Shown here in pieces: positions 1-10,290 of a stretch of 64,000 bases of DNA. Origin of the DNA: Candidatus Eiseniibacteriota bacterium (GTDB lineage Bacteria; Eisenbacteria; RBG-16-71-46); NCBI GenBank assembly GCA_038231135.1, contig JBBRLX010000016.1:22751-86750 (forward strand). Direction: 5' to 3'. The notes under the pieces are model-generated. The model was not told where the DNA came from and made no database searches. It saw only the letters and a list, made by a program, of their open reading frames with translations. Position numbers and translations under genes: made by a program. Positions within the stretch are counted from its first letter, which is position 1, and the number at the start of each line of letters is the position of its first letter.

Positions 1-1787
1 GCGAAGTACTTGGCGACGTCGTTCGCGATACTGAACGTCGTCAGGGCTCCGCGGGTCATCAGCAGCTGCTTGCCGGTCTCGACGATCTCGATCAGCTTGG
101 TCGGGTTGGAATCGAGGTCGACCATGTTGCCGGCTTCCTTCGCCGCCTGGGTGCCGGAGTTCATCGCCACCGCCACGTCGGCCTGGGCCAGCGCGGGGGC
201 GTCGTTCGTGCCGTCGCCGGTCATCGCGACCAGCCGCCCGCCGGCCTGCTGTTCGCGAATCAGCGCCAGCTTGGCCTCGGGGGTGGCCTCGGCCAGGAAG
301 TCGTCCACGCCCGACTCGGCGGCGATGGCCGCCGCCGTGAGCGGGTTGTCCCCCGTGATCATGATGGTCTTGATGCCCATCGCGCGCATCTGGGCGAAGC
401 GTTCGCGGATCCCGCCCTTGACGACGTCCTTGAGCTGAATTACGCCGAGCACCGTGCCGTTCTCGGCGACCACCAGTGGGGTGGCGCCCAGGCGCGCGAC
501 CGCTTCGACCACACTGCGCACCGGGGCCGGGAACGCCCCGCCCGCGTCGCGCACGAAGTCCTCCACCGCGTCGGCGGCGCCCTTGCGGATCCGGCGGCCC
601 TCGAGATCCACACCACTCATCCGCGTCTGGGCGCTGAACGGAATGAACGTGGCGCCCAGCGCGTGGATGTCCCGCTCCCGCAGGCCGTGGTGTTCCTTGG
701 CGAGCACCACGATGCTGCGCCCTTCCGGGGTCTCGTCCGAGAGCGACGCGAGTTGTGCTGCGTCCGCGAGCGCTTCGAGCGTCACCCCCGGCGCCGGCAT
801 GAACTGGGTGGCCTGCCGGTTGCCGAGCGTGATGGTGCCGGTCTTGTCGAGCAGCAGCACGTCCACGTCGCCCGCGGCCTCGACGGCGCGGCCCGACATC
901 GCGACCACGTTGTCCTGCGTGAGCCGGTCCATGCCCGCGATGCCGATCGCCGACAGCAGGCCGCCAATGGTCGTCGGGATCAGGCACACGAGCAGCGCGC
1001 TCAGCGCGGTCACCGTGATCGGTGTGCCGGCGCCGGCCACGTGCACGCTGAACAGCGAATACGGCAGCAGCGTCACGGTCGTGACGAGGAAGATCAGCGT
1101 CAGCGCGGCGAGCAGGATGTTGAGCGCGATTTCGTTCGGAGTCTTCTGCCGCTTCGCCCCCTCCACCATGGCGATCATGCGATCGAGGAACGTCTCTCCC
1201 GGGTTGGCGCTGACCTTGAGGACGAGCCAGTCGGACAGGATGCGGGTGCCGCCCGTGACGGCGCTGCGATCGCCGCCGCTCTCGCGAATCACCGGCGCGC
1301 TCTCGCCGGTGATGACGCTCTCGTCCACGGAGGCGACGCCCTCCACGACGTCGGCATCGCACGGAATGACGTCTCCTGCGGCGACGATCACGAAGTCGCC
1401 CTTGCGCAGGGCATGGGCGGGCACCGCCGAGATGCCCAGGTGATTCGCAGGGTCCTCCAGCTTCTTCGCGAACACGTCCCCCCGGGCGCGGCGTAACGCC
1501 TCGGCCTGGGCCTTGCCTCGCCCCTCGGCCATCGCCTCGGCGAAGTTCGCAAACAACACCGTGAACCACAGCCAGACCGAGATCGCGACGATGAACCCCG
1601 CCGACGCTTCGCCACGGCCCGCCAGCGCCTGAATGCCGAGCACGGTCGTCAACGCCGCGGTGACGAGCACCACGAACATGACCGGATTGCGAATCTGGAT
1701 GCGGGGGTCGAGCTTGCGGACGGCGTCCACGGCCGCACGGCGCATGATGGCCGGCTCGAACAGCGGACGCGCCTGGAGTTTGGACAT
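1..1787 (-). CDS. kdpB: K+-transporting ATPase subunit B (3'-truncated by window edge)
   Basis: Reverse translation [29 protein letters not shown]..., DKTGTIT phosphorylation motif, [11 protein letters not shown]; downstream of kdpA. Confidence 0.97.
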   Translation of the reverse strand, partial: MSKLQARPLFEPAIMRRAAVDAVRKLDPRIQIRNPVMFVVLVTAALTTVLGIQALAGRGEASAGFIVAISVWLWFTVLFANFAEAMAEGRGKAQAEALRRARGDVFAKKLEDPANHLGISAVPAHALRKGDFVIVAAGDVIPCDADVVEGVASVDESVITGESAPVIRESGGDRSAVTGGTRILSDWLVLKVSANPGETFLDRMIAMVEGAKRQKTPNEIALNILLAALTLIFLVTTVTLLPYSLFSVHVAGAGTPITVTALSALLVCLIPTTIGGLLSAIGIAGMDRLTQDNVVAMSGRAVEAAGDVDVLLLDKTGTITLGNRQATQFMPAPGVTLEALADAAQLASLSDETPEGRSIVVLAKEHHGLRERDIHALGATFIPFSAQTRMSGVDLEGRRIRKGAADAVEDFVRDAGGAFPAPVRSVVEAVARLGATPLVVAENGTVLGVIQLKDVVKGGIRERFAQMRAMGIKTIMITGDNPLTAAAIAAESGVDDFLAEATPEAKLALIREQQAGGRLVAMTGDGTNDAPALAQADVAVAMNSGTQAAKEAGNMVDLDSNPTKLIEIVETGKQLLMTRGALTTFSIANDVAKYF

Positions 1788-1846
1788 GATTCACCGCCTG
1801 CCGTTCCGCCGGGCTGTCGCCGGCCTCGGAGAGTGGAGGAGCGTCG

Positions 1847-3595
1847 TCATTGCGTGGCTCCCATGATCAGGTGCTCAACGATGGGACCGAGCGCAAGGGC
1901 CGGGAAGAACGCGAGCGCCCCCACGACCAGGACGGTGGCCACCAGCAGGAATACGAACAGCGGCGTGTGGGTCGGCAACGTTCCCGCGCCCACGGGGACC
2001 TTCTTCTTGAGCGCCAGCGAACCCGCGATGGCGAGCGTCGGGATCGCCAGCCAGTAGCGTCCCACGAGCATCGCGAGCCCCAGCGCCAGATTGTAGAACG
2101 GCATATTGGCGCCCAGTCCGGCGAACGCACTGCCGTTGTTGTTCGACGCCGAGGAGAACGCATAGAGGACTTCGCTGAATCCATGCGCGCCCGGATTGAA
2201 GATGCCGGCGCGGCCGGCCGCGGTGGCCACGGCGAGGGCCGTGCCGAGTTTCACCGTGATCGGTGGAATGAGGATCACCAGCGACGCCATCTTCATCTCG
2301 TAGGACTCGATCTTCTTCCCGAGGTATTCCGGGGTTCGCCCCACCATGAGTCCGGCGATGAACACCGCGGCGATCGCGAACATCAGCATCCCGTACAGGC
2401 CCGAACCCACACCGCCGAACACCACCTCGCCCAGCTGGATGAGAATCATCGGCGCGAGTCCGCCGAGCGGCGTGAACGAATCGTGCATGGCATTGACCGA
2501 TCCATTGGACGCGGCGCTCGTCGCGGTGGCCCATAACGCCGAGTTCACGATCCCGAACCGCGCCTCCTTGCCCTCCATGTTGCCGCCCGGCTGCGCGCCG
2601 GTCGCCCGGGTTTCCGCTCCCACGGCGGCGAGGCGCGGGTTGCCCGCCTGCTCGGCGACGATGCACGGGATCGTGAAGGCGACGAGCAGCAGCAGCATCG
2701 CGCCGAAGATCGCCCAGCCCTGGCGCATGTCGGCCACTCCGGCGCCGAACGTGAAGCACAGCGCCGCGGGGATCAGCAGGATGGCGAGCAGCTCGAGGAC
2801 ATTGGACAGCGGCGTCGGGTTCTCGAACGGATGCGCCGAATTCACGTTGAAGAACCCGCCGCCGTTGGTCCCGAGCTGCTTGATGGCGATCTGCGAGGCG
2901 GCCGGGCCGACCGCGACCTCCTGCTGGACGACGGGTGGGCGCCCGGCGACGCGGAGCGGCTGTACCAGCGCCACGTGCTGAGTGCCATGGAATGTCTGAA
3001 CCGCGCCCTGGGATACGAGGACGATCGCCAGCACCGTCGACAGCGGCAGCAGGACGTGGAGGGTCACCCGCGTCACGTCCGCCCAGAAGTTGCCGATGGT
3101 CTCCGCCGAGCGGCGCGCGAAGCCGCGGATCAGCGCCGCGAGGACCGCGATGCCGGTGGCGGCGGACAGGAAGTTCTGGACCGTGAGCCCGAGCATCTGG
3201 GTGAGGTAGCTGAGCGTGGTCTCACCGGAGTAGCTCTGCCAGTTGGTGTTCGTGGCGAAGCTCACCGCGGTGTTGAACGCCAGGTGCCAGGGCACCGCGG
3301 GCAGCTGCTGTGGATTCGCGGGCAGCATGCCCTGGGCCCGCTGGAGGACGTAGACCAGCAGCAACCCCGCCGCGTTGAACAGCAGCATGGCCCACGCGTA
3401 GCGGCGCCAGGTCATTTCCTGGTCCGGTTGTACGCCGGCCACGCGGTAGAGCTGCCGCTCCAGCGGGCCCAGCAGCCGTGACAGGAATGCCGGCCGGCCG
3501 TCCAGGACGCACGCCATGTAGGTGCCGAGCGGGTACGCCAGCAGCACGAGGACGGCGAAATAGATCAGGAGCTGGACCCAGCCATTCGCAGGCAT
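1847..3595 (-). CDS. kdpA: K+-transporting ATPase subunit A
   Basis: NTNWQSY, IKQLGTNGGGFF, SNGSVNAMHDS, NNNGSAFAGL motifs. Confidence 0.97.
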   Translation of the reverse strand: MPANGWVQLLIYFAVLVLLAYPLGTYMACVLDGRPAFLSRLLGPLERQLYRVAGVQPDQEMTWRRYAWAMLLFNAAGLLLVYVLQRAQGMLPANPQQLPAVPWHLAFNTAVSFATNTNWQSYSGETTLSYLTQMLGLTVQNFLSAATGIAVLAALIRGFARRSAETIGNFWADVTRVTLHVLLPLSTVLAIVLVSQGAVQTFHGTQHVALVQPLRVAGRPPVVQQEVAVGPAASQIAIKQLGTNGGGFFNVNSAHPFENPTPLSNVLELLAILLIPAALCFTFGAGVADMRQGWAIFGAMLLLLVAFTIPCIVAEQAGNPRLAAVGAETRATGAQPGGNMEGKEARFGIVNSALWATATSAASNGSVNAMHDSFTPLGGLAPMILIQLGEVVFGGVGSGLYGMLMFAIAAVFIAGLMVGRTPEYLGKKIESYEMKMASLVILIPPITVKLGTALAVATAAGRAGIFNPGAHGFSEVLYAFSSASNNNGSAFAGLGANMPFYNLALGLAMLVGRYWLAIPTLAIAGSLALKKKVPVGAGTLPTHTPLFVFLLVATVLVVGALAFFPALALGPIVEHLIMGATQ

Positions 3596-3684
3596 CAGAA
3601 GCGCTCCGGTCGCAGCATGGCGTAGAGCAGGTAGCCGAACAACACGATCACGATCAGGGCGCACACGACGTAGAGCGCGTTCAT
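3595..3684 (-). CDS. kdpF: K+-transporting ATPase subunit F, 29 aa
   Basis: MNALYVVCALIVIVLFGYLLYAMLRPERF; typical YL.YA.L.PE.F ending; stop overlaps kdpA start. Confidence 0.93.
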   Translation of the reverse strand: MNALYVVCALIVIVLFGYLLYAMLRPERF

Positions 3685-3776
3685 CGTGCCTTCCGCAGCG
3701 CGTCGCACAACTTCACCAGGGCCAGCGTCGACAGCCCGAACGCGGCGAAGATGACCATCACGGCAACGTCCCTCAT
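3681..3776 (-). CDS. Small membrane peptide upstream of kdpF, 31 aa
   Basis: MRDVAVMVIFAAFGLSTLALVKLCDALRKAR; GAGGAGG RBS; ATGA coupling to kdpF. Confidence 0.8.
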   Translation of the reverse strand: MRDVAVMVIFAAFGLSTLALVKLCDALRKAR

Positions 3777-3837
3777 GCAGCCTCCTCGAATGCGCCGTCC
3801 ACGGCGTGGACGACCCATATGATTAGATCAGCGATCG

Positions 3838-3887
3838 CATCAAGAGAGCGCATGGAGTGGCGCGGGTGCCGTCAATGAAACATCAAT
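3838..3887 (-). promoter_or_regulatory. Putative response-regulator (KdpE-type) direct-repeat site of kdp operon
   Basis: Minus strand TTGATG-N5-TTGACG-N26-TTGATG. Confidence 0.6.
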
Positions 3888-3927
3888 GTGCGGCCACCGA
3901 CGCGACGCGCCGGCGGCACCCTCGCCG

Positions 3928-4284
3928 TCAGCCATGCACCCAGGGGTCGTTCCCGCCGGACCGCGGAATTCCGTACGGCAGCGTCGGCCGGAACCCGAGC
4001 TCGACTTCGTAGAGTTCCGCAATTCGCTGAGCCCCGTAGCGACCCAGGCCGACCGCGAGGTCGAAGCGCCCGCAGCGGAGCGCCTGTCGGACCTGCCACG
4101 CGACCGCGCGCTCGATGAACGTCACCCGGTCCTCCGTGGTGACCTCCTCGAAGTCGATGTCGCGGAGTCCGTCCTCCACTTCGGCGGCCATGCGGCGGAG
4201 CTCGGACGGGGCGACAACCGCAACGCCGCTCCACGACGGGGCCCTGGAGCGCAGACGTTCGTTCAACAGGTGCAGGAGCCGCAT
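3928..4284 (-). CDS. Hypothetical protein, 118 aa
   Basis: GC3-rich ORF co-oriented between the APC transporter and kdp genes; GAGG upstream. Confidence 0.6.
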   Translation of the reverse strand: MRLLHLLNERLRSRAPSWSGVAVVAPSELRRMAAEVEDGLRDIDFEEVTTEDRVTFIERAVAWQVRQALRCGRFDLAVGLGRYGAQRIAELYEVELGFRPTLPYGIPRSGGNDPWVHG

Positions 4285-4312
4285 GGTTCGCGTGCCTCGA
4301 ACGACGTGCCGG

Positions 4313-6292
4313 TTACGCCGACTTCAACCGTTCCCAAACGCGGATCGGGAGGATGATGACCTGAATACCCAGGAACTGGAGGCGGCGCTGGATCGAGAAC
4401 GCGGTCTCATGATGCAGCATCCGCGTGAACAGGTTCTCGCGCTGAAACACGAGCTGGCCCGCGAACACCACCGGGCGCCGGAACTCCCGGATGAGGTCCT
4501 GGCAAATCGACTCGAGCTCCTGAACCAGATCGGTGCCGAGCGCGTAGCGATACTCGGAATAGCTCCCCATCCGCTCGGTGATCCGGACGTATTGCTCGAG
4601 GTCCTCCCGCACCTTCTGCTCCAGCGCGCCCAACTCGTCCACGCCCTTGAACTGCGCCGAATCGACGAGCCCCACCGAGATGAACACGAAGTTCTTGAAC
4701 AGCCGCGGGAACAGCCGGTGCACCGAGAGCAGCGTATGCACGCCCAGGCCGCTGTAGCTCTCGACGAGCACGATCGCGGTGGGCCCGTCGATGGACAGCT
4801 CCGGCTGTGCCTTGAGCTCGGGAAGCGGCAGATTGAGCAGGGTCTCGTCGAGCGAGGCCAGGCTCAGCCGCACGCGCCCGTAGTGATGCCGAATGGCATA
4901 GCACACGACCACCAGCACGGTCGTCGCCACGAGCGTGATCCAGCCGCCCTCCCGGAACTTGAGCGTCGCCGTGACCACGAGGATCGTCGCGGTCACCAGC
5001 GCCCCGAACGCGTTGACGATCAGCCGGCGCCGCCAGTGCGCTTCCCGATGCCGCACCTCGAGCCAGTGCCGGGCCATGCCGGTCTGGCTGAGCGTGAACG
5101 TCAGGAACACGTTGATCGAGTACATGACGACCAGCAGATCGACCGCGCCCCGCGTGTAGGCGAGCACCACGACGGCGGCGAGCCCCATTGTGACGACGCC
5201 GTTCTGCGTCACGAAGCGCTCGGACAGATTCTTGTACCGTTTCGGCACCCATTCGTCGTATGCCATGGCCGCGAGCGTGCGGGGGCCATCGAGGAACCCG
5301 GTCTGCGCCGCCACGAACAGCAGCGCCCCCTCGGACAACAGCGTGAGCCACACCACGCCCGGACCGACGTCCAACGGGCCCACGCGCCAGCCGTGCACCA
5401 GCAGCTCCCACAGCGATGCGTTCAAGGTCTTGCCGGCCTGGAACTGGACGTTGTTCAGCAGGTAGCACAGCAGGATGCCGCCGGCCGTGAGCGCGAGCGA
5501 GCACGACATGTACAGCATGGTCCGCTTGCCGTTGGCCACACGCGGCTCACGCAGGATGCCGACGCCGTTGCTCACGGCTTCGATGCCGGTGAACGTGCCA
5601 CCGCCCAGCGAGAACGCGCGCAGGACGATGACGCCGACGCCGACGAGCCCCAGCGTATGGACCGCCGAATGGGTCTCCTGGACGGTCCCCGACAGCAGGG
5701 ACCCGAGATCCCTGCCGTGGCGCAGTATGCCAAACCCGATCAGCCCGATATGGCTGACCATGAATGCGAGGAAGATCGGCGTAAGGATGTACACCGATTC
5801 CTTGACCCCGCGCAGATTCATGAGGACGAGGAACCCCACGACGGCGAATTCGGCGGGCAGCCGCAGGCCCTGGAGCGGACCCGGCATGAACGAGAAGATC
5901 GCGTCGCAGCCGGCGGCGACCGAGATGGCGATGGTCAGGATGTAATCGACGACCAGCGCGCTCCCGGAGATCACCCCCGGGGTGGGTCCCAGAAGTTTCG
6001 TCGCAACCAGGTAACCGCCGCCGCCGGTGGGAAACTGCTCGATGATCTGGCTGTAGGACGCCGAGATCAGGAACACGGTGCCGACGATCGCGCCGACCAG
6101 GTAGAGCGCGAGATGGCGGTGGGCGCCGAGCTGCCGGAAGATCTCCTCGGGGCCGTAGGACGACGACGACAGACCGTCGGATCCCAACCCCACCCAGGCG
6201 AAGAACGCGATGAGCGCGAGCTGGTGATGGATGCTGGGGTCGAACAGGTTCTTCGGAGCGCCGAGCAGCAGGCCCCGCAGCCGGTGTTTCAC
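4313..6292 (-). CDS. APC-superfamily transporter, KimA/YdaO-like (probable K+ importer)
   Basis: Multi-TM; DGLSSSSYGPEE, GGGGY, FTGIEAVSNG motifs; soluble C-terminal domain; next to kdp. Confidence 0.85.
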   Translation of the reverse strand: MKHRLRGLLLGAPKNLFDPSIHHQLALIAFFAWVGLGSDGLSSSSYGPEEIFRQLGAHRHLALYLVGAIVGTVFLISASYSQIIEQFPTGGGGYLVATKLLGPTPGVISGSALVVDYILTIAISVAAGCDAIFSFMPGPLQGLRLPAEFAVVGFLVLMNLRGVKESVYILTPIFLAFMVSHIGLIGFGILRHGRDLGSLLSGTVQETHSAVHTLGLVGVGVIVLRAFSLGGGTFTGIEAVSNGVGILREPRVANGKRTMLYMSCSLALTAGGILLCYLLNNVQFQAGKTLNASLWELLVHGWRVGPLDVGPGVVWLTLLSEGALLFVAAQTGFLDGPRTLAAMAYDEWVPKRYKNLSERFVTQNGVVTMGLAAVVVLAYTRGAVDLLVVMYSINVFLTFTLSQTGMARHWLEVRHREAHWRRRLIVNAFGALVTATILVVTATLKFREGGWITLVATTVLVVVCYAIRHHYGRVRLSLASLDETLLNLPLPELKAQPELSIDGPTAIVLVESYSGLGVHTLLSVHRLFPRLFKNFVFISVGLVDSAQFKGVDELGALEQKVREDLEQYVRITERMGSYSEYRYALGTDLVQELESICQDLIREFRRPVVFAGQLVFQRENLFTRMLHHETAFSIQRRLQFLGIQVIILPIRVWERLKSA

Positions 6293-6389
6293 GTGGCGAC
6301 GCCCCGGCGTCCCGGCACGCGGGAACCGCCCCTGTCAGCGCGTGCGTCTACGGCCGAATCGGTCACACCCCGATTGAACGACAAGAATC

Positions 6390-6438
6390 CATCAACGGAG
6401 CGTTTGGAATGCCGTCTAATGCATCAAGGAAACATCAA
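6390..6438 (-). promoter_or_regulatory. Second copy of the kdp-type direct-repeat site, upstream of the APC transporter
   Basis: Minus strand TTGATG-N5-TTGATG-N26-TTGATG, same spacing as 3838-3887. Confidence 0.6.
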
Positions 6439-7664
6439 GATCCGCTTTGGGGGCCCGGTTTCCGCCGGAGACAGTGGAGCTCGACGCCCGAGCCGGGCAG
6501 GAAAGGGAAATATTGAATGGCCTGTCCGGCCCCTGACACGAACACATAGTCGAATAGCCCGGAATGCCTGCGAATGCGAGCCTGCAACTGAGAACCGAGG
6601 AGCGCAGAGGTGAACTGGATTCGACTGTCGACGCTGCCCACACACGGCGCGAGCAGGCCGATGATCAACGGCAAACCGCGGAATCGCGGACTGCAGGGGA
6701 TCCATTCCTCCCCGGCGGCCATGAGATATGGGGCTCTGGAATTGGGATTGTCGAAGCTGTCGATGGCCATGACCGCGTCCGCCACCACCAGCGTCGAATC
6801 CAGCGATGCCAGATCGAACCGGGCAATGCCCGTCTGGGTCAGCGAGGTTCGGAGCTGGTTGCAGGTCCACCCCGTACCGTCCCACGTGGCGCAGTCAAAC
6901 ACGGGCAGTAGGATTGTGAACGATTCAGCGCTGGCCGGCGCGGCCCTGAACCGCCACGTCGGCCCGAGGCTGGAATCCCCGGTGTCCAGATTCGTCACCC
7001 GCACACGCCAGAATACAGTACGGTCCTGCGGCCAGTTCGCGGTCTGCAGAAGGTGTGCTTCCGAAGTCGTGATGGTGGGTTCGAGCGCGGCGGCGACCTG
7101 CGATGAATCCGAGCCGAGATAGATGTCGTACCGAATCTGACCGGCGGCGGGTTCTGTTTCCTGCCAGAACAGCGGGGCCACCGGCGATTGGAAGTCACTG
7201 CCGTCGGGTGGATCGGGATCGGCGATCGGCCTCACCGACACCGTGGTGAATTGCCAGAAGTAGGTCGCGCCGAACTCCACTCCCGCGACCGTTCGAATCC
7301 TGGGCGTCAGCTCGACCGTGAAGATCTGGTGTGCCTCCAGCGTCGCGCGCGGGCGCAGCACGATCGTGCGTCCGGAATCGGTCAGTGTCACGGTCATCGG
7401 AATTCGCCGCGTGTCGATCTTGAGGAATACGGTGAGCGAATTGACCGTGGTGGAGTCCAGCGGTTCGCGGAATCGCGCGCGCATGATCGCGTCACACGGA
7501 ACCCGTACGGCTCTCGAGGGCGGCTCCACCTCGATCACCTGCGGCGGCAGGTGCTCCTGGACCACGGGGCGCATGGGGTGAGCATGGCTGCACCCGCCGG
7601 CCGACGCCGCGAGCAGCCACGCGGCGATAGGCCAGGCATTCCGGAACCGGCGTCCGCCGATCAT
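6435..7664 (-). CDS. Lipoprotein with Ig-like (Big_5-type) domain
   Basis: Signal ending AGGC; ARFREPLDSTTV...YFWQFTT Ig-like pattern; ATGA coupling to upstream gene. Confidence 0.75.
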   Translation of the reverse strand: MIGGRRFRNAWPIAAWLLAASAGGCSHAHPMRPVVQEHLPPQVIEVEPPSRAVRVPCDAIMRARFREPLDSTTVNSLTVFLKIDTRRIPMTVTLTDSGRTIVLRPRATLEAHQIFTVELTPRIRTVAGVEFGATYFWQFTTVSVRPIADPDPPDGSDFQSPVAPLFWQETEPAAGQIRYDIYLGSDSSQVAAALEPTITTSEAHLLQTANWPQDRTVFWRVRVTNLDTGDSSLGPTWRFRAAPASAESFTILLPVFDCATWDGTGWTCNQLRTSLTQTGIARFDLASLDSTLVVADAVMAIDSFDNPNSRAPYLMAAGEEWIPCSPRFRGLPLIIGLLAPCVGSVDSRIQFTSALLGSQLQARIRRHSGLFDYVFVSGAGQAIQYFPFLPGSGVELHCLRRKPGPQSGS

Positions 7665-10063
7665 CGAATCACCACGAAGCGTCCCACCTGGTGACCCAGC
7701 CTCGAATCGACGCTGAACAGGTAGATTCCGGATTCCACTTCCTGGCCATTCCTCGACACGAGATCCCACGGCACCTCGCCGTCGCCATTCGACCCATCGT
7801 GTTCGATCGCGGCCACGAAATCCCCCGCCAGGGTCCAGATGCGAATCTTGCAGGGTGCGCGCGGCAGCCCCATGAAATCCAGGTGCCGGGTAAGTGGATC
7901 GTCGATCACCGGCGGGCGCTGCCACAACTCCGATCCGCGAAATGGATTCGGCACCACCCACACCGATCCCGCGGCGGCACGAGCCGCGGCGTGCGGCTGC
8001 GCGATCTGCTGGAACACCGGCGTGAACGGGCTCTCGAATCGGACGGTTCGCGTCTTGCCCGGGCCGTCGTCGACGTCCCGTTCGATCACGGTGCTCACCA
8101 CATACGCATAGTCGAACCCGTTGCGCACCTCGGAATCCACGACGGCATAGCGGCCCACCGGGAACAGTTCCCTGCCGTACAGATAGCGCTCGAAATCGAG
8201 CGTGGTGTCGGTGATCGATGCGAGCGGCTCCTCGCCGAACCGGGTTCGGGTCCCGAACGATCGCCACAGCGCCCAGTTCTCGTGAGGCGGCAGCAGCGAC
8301 ACGCGATTTCGCCAGTCGGCCAGCTTGTAGACCCGGTAGCCGGCGAACCGTCCGTCGATTCCGGTGAGCCCGGCGTCACTCAGGATCTCCGGCCGGTTGT
8401 CCCACTCCATCCGCAGCGCGTGATCTCGCGGCTGGATGCGAACCGTGGGCGGGTCGGGCAGCTCCCCCGGGTCGAGCCAGTTCACGCGGGTTTCGAAACC
8501 GGCGACACCGGTGCACACATCGCAATCGGCATCGGTCCAGACACACTGGCCCGGCTTATAGAGCGTGAGCTGCGGCAACGCTCCCGAATTCAATCCGAAC
8601 TTCTCGGGACAATGCGGATCCCACTCGAACGTCACGCCCGGCGGCGCCTCGACGCAGACTTCATGCCCCGCGACCCCCGAAACGCCGTCGAACCACTCGT
8701 CCGTCGAGAACGCCGACAGCGAGTCGGGCACTGCGTTCAACGTGTAGCCGTGATAGAGCACGGCGGCGTTTCCTAGCAATGTCTGCAGGCTGTCGCGGTC
8801 GAGCGTGGCGACGAGTGCGACCACGAAGTCGAGGGACTGCCCCGGGGCGAGTGTCGGAAACGGACCGCACGACACCAGCACCGCGTAATCGCCCGGCTCA
8901 TCGGTGATCGCCGCCGGGAATGTCCCGCTCAGCGCCGCGTAGCGCTGCCGATCGTCCGCGGGCGGTCCGCCCTGGCCGGGCAGGCGGCCCTGGGCGAACA
9001 CCGTGTTGAGGAACGCGATGCGCGCCGGCGCCCGCGCATACCGGGCCGCCGGCGTGATCGCGGCCAGCGGATCGATCGTGTGACTCAGCGGCAGCACCGC
9101 CACCGCCGGCAGGTTGCGGTTGTGTCCATCGACGAGCACCGGCACCGTCTGGGACAGTGTCGTCGTGCACGCCGACAGCCCGCATGGAGGAGCCGTGGCG
9201 CCGCCGGTCACGCACTTGCCGGCGACGGCCAGCGAGTACAGGCCCTCGAGCACCGTTCGGGAATACGTCTCGTACTCGATGCGATCGTCGAGATGGCCCG
9301 CGCGATCGTTGCGTTCCCGGGAATCGAGATCGGCGTACAATCCGATGCGCACGTCCCGCAGCGTCGTGGTGCCGTGATTCGTGATGTGAAACGAGAGTCC
9401 GGCGATGTTGTCGTAGCCGGAGGCACTCCAGGCATACGCCTCCTGATGCACCGACAGGCCGAGCGGCACATGGGACTCCCCGTTGCCCGACGTCGTGTAC
9501 AAGGCTTCCGGCCGGTCGTCGACATACTCAGCGGTCATCGTCTGCTGTGCGAACAGTCCGAGATCCTCGTCGACTTCACCGTCACCGTCGTCGTCGATGC
9601 CGTTCGGAAGCTCCTCGTCCACGAGCCCATCCCCGTCGTCGTCGATACCCCGTCGGGACCCGGGCATCCCGTGATTCCATGTCTTCACGCGATCACTGGG
9701 ATCGAGTGTCGGCCGCCACTCCAGCATCGGTCCGCCAGACACCCGTGCGACGCCATCCGTGTTCACTGCCCCGACCCACAGTTCGGCGTGATTCAACGCC
9801 TCGTAGGCCGAACCCGGTCGAATCTCGAACGACGGATCGAACGACAGGCCCTTGTCGAAGAACGCGTTGCCGATGATGCCCGCATTCGTGATCCGCAATG
9901 CGAACGCCCCGGCCGTGAGCACCGGACCCTTGTCCTCGATGTCGAGCACGGCGTGAGCCGGCCCGGGGAATGCGCCGACGGCTGCGAGCGCGAGGAGCGC
10001 GCTCCCGATGGACACCGCCGGCTGCCCCACCGATCGCTCCCCGAATCTCCGTCCGACGCGCAT
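7661..10063 (-). CDS. Large secreted protein with acidic DDDGDG repeats and FlgD/T9SS-like C-terminal domain
   Basis: Signal peptide (PAHA); DDDGDGLVDEE/DDDGDGEVDED; VVPNPF...WDLVSRNGQEVESGIYLF...GRFVVIR. Confidence 0.85.
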   Translation of the reverse strand: MRVGRRFGERSVGQPAVSIGSALLALAAVGAFPGPAHAVLDIEDKGPVLTAGAFALRITNAGIIGNAFFDKGLSFDPSFEIRPGSAYEALNHAELWVGAVNTDGVARVSGGPMLEWRPTLDPSDRVKTWNHGMPGSRRGIDDDGDGLVDEELPNGIDDDGDGEVDEDLGLFAQQTMTAEYVDDRPEALYTTSGNGESHVPLGLSVHQEAYAWSASGYDNIAGLSFHITNHGTTTLRDVRIGLYADLDSRERNDRAGHLDDRIEYETYSRTVLEGLYSLAVAGKCVTGGATAPPCGLSACTTTLSQTVPVLVDGHNRNLPAVAVLPLSHTIDPLAAITPAARYARAPARIAFLNTVFAQGRLPGQGGPPADDRQRYAALSGTFPAAITDEPGDYAVLVSCGPFPTLAPGQSLDFVVALVATLDRDSLQTLLGNAAVLYHGYTLNAVPDSLSAFSTDEWFDGVSGVAGHEVCVEAPPGVTFEWDPHCPEKFGLNSGALPQLTLYKPGQCVWTDADCDVCTGVAGFETRVNWLDPGELPDPPTVRIQPRDHALRMEWDNRPEILSDAGLTGIDGRFAGYRVYKLADWRNRVSLLPPHENWALWRSFGTRTRFGEEPLASITDTTLDFERYLYGRELFPVGRYAVVDSEVRNGFDYAYVVSTVIERDVDDGPGKTRTVRFESPFTPVFQQIAQPHAAARAAAGSVWVVPNPFRGSELWQRPPVIDDPLTRHLDFMGLPRAPCKIRIWTLAGDFVAAIEHDGSNGDGEVPWDLVSRNGQEVESGIYLFSVDSRLGHQVGRFVVIR

Positions 10064-10290
10064 CGACTCATGATCGCGCCTGGGGTGGACCCGTACAAGC
10101 TATTACCACACCCGCCCATGGCGCCGCGGCCCGATCCACGTTGTGAAGTGACGATGAAGCTTCGGTGCAATCCCGCTCGCGCGCGGTCAGGCTTCAGGTC
10201 ATCGTCCGCTCCAGGTTGTTCCCCCCTGCAGCACCCTCGTAAGATGCGGCGCCCTCGTCCCCGTTGTCTGGCCGCCCACCGGGATCCCGC

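Noticed and set aside
6293..6434. c-di-AMP (ydaO) riboswitch before the KimA-like gene or kdp
   Set aside because: Conserved riboswitch segments not recognisable by eye; an Rfam scan would settle it
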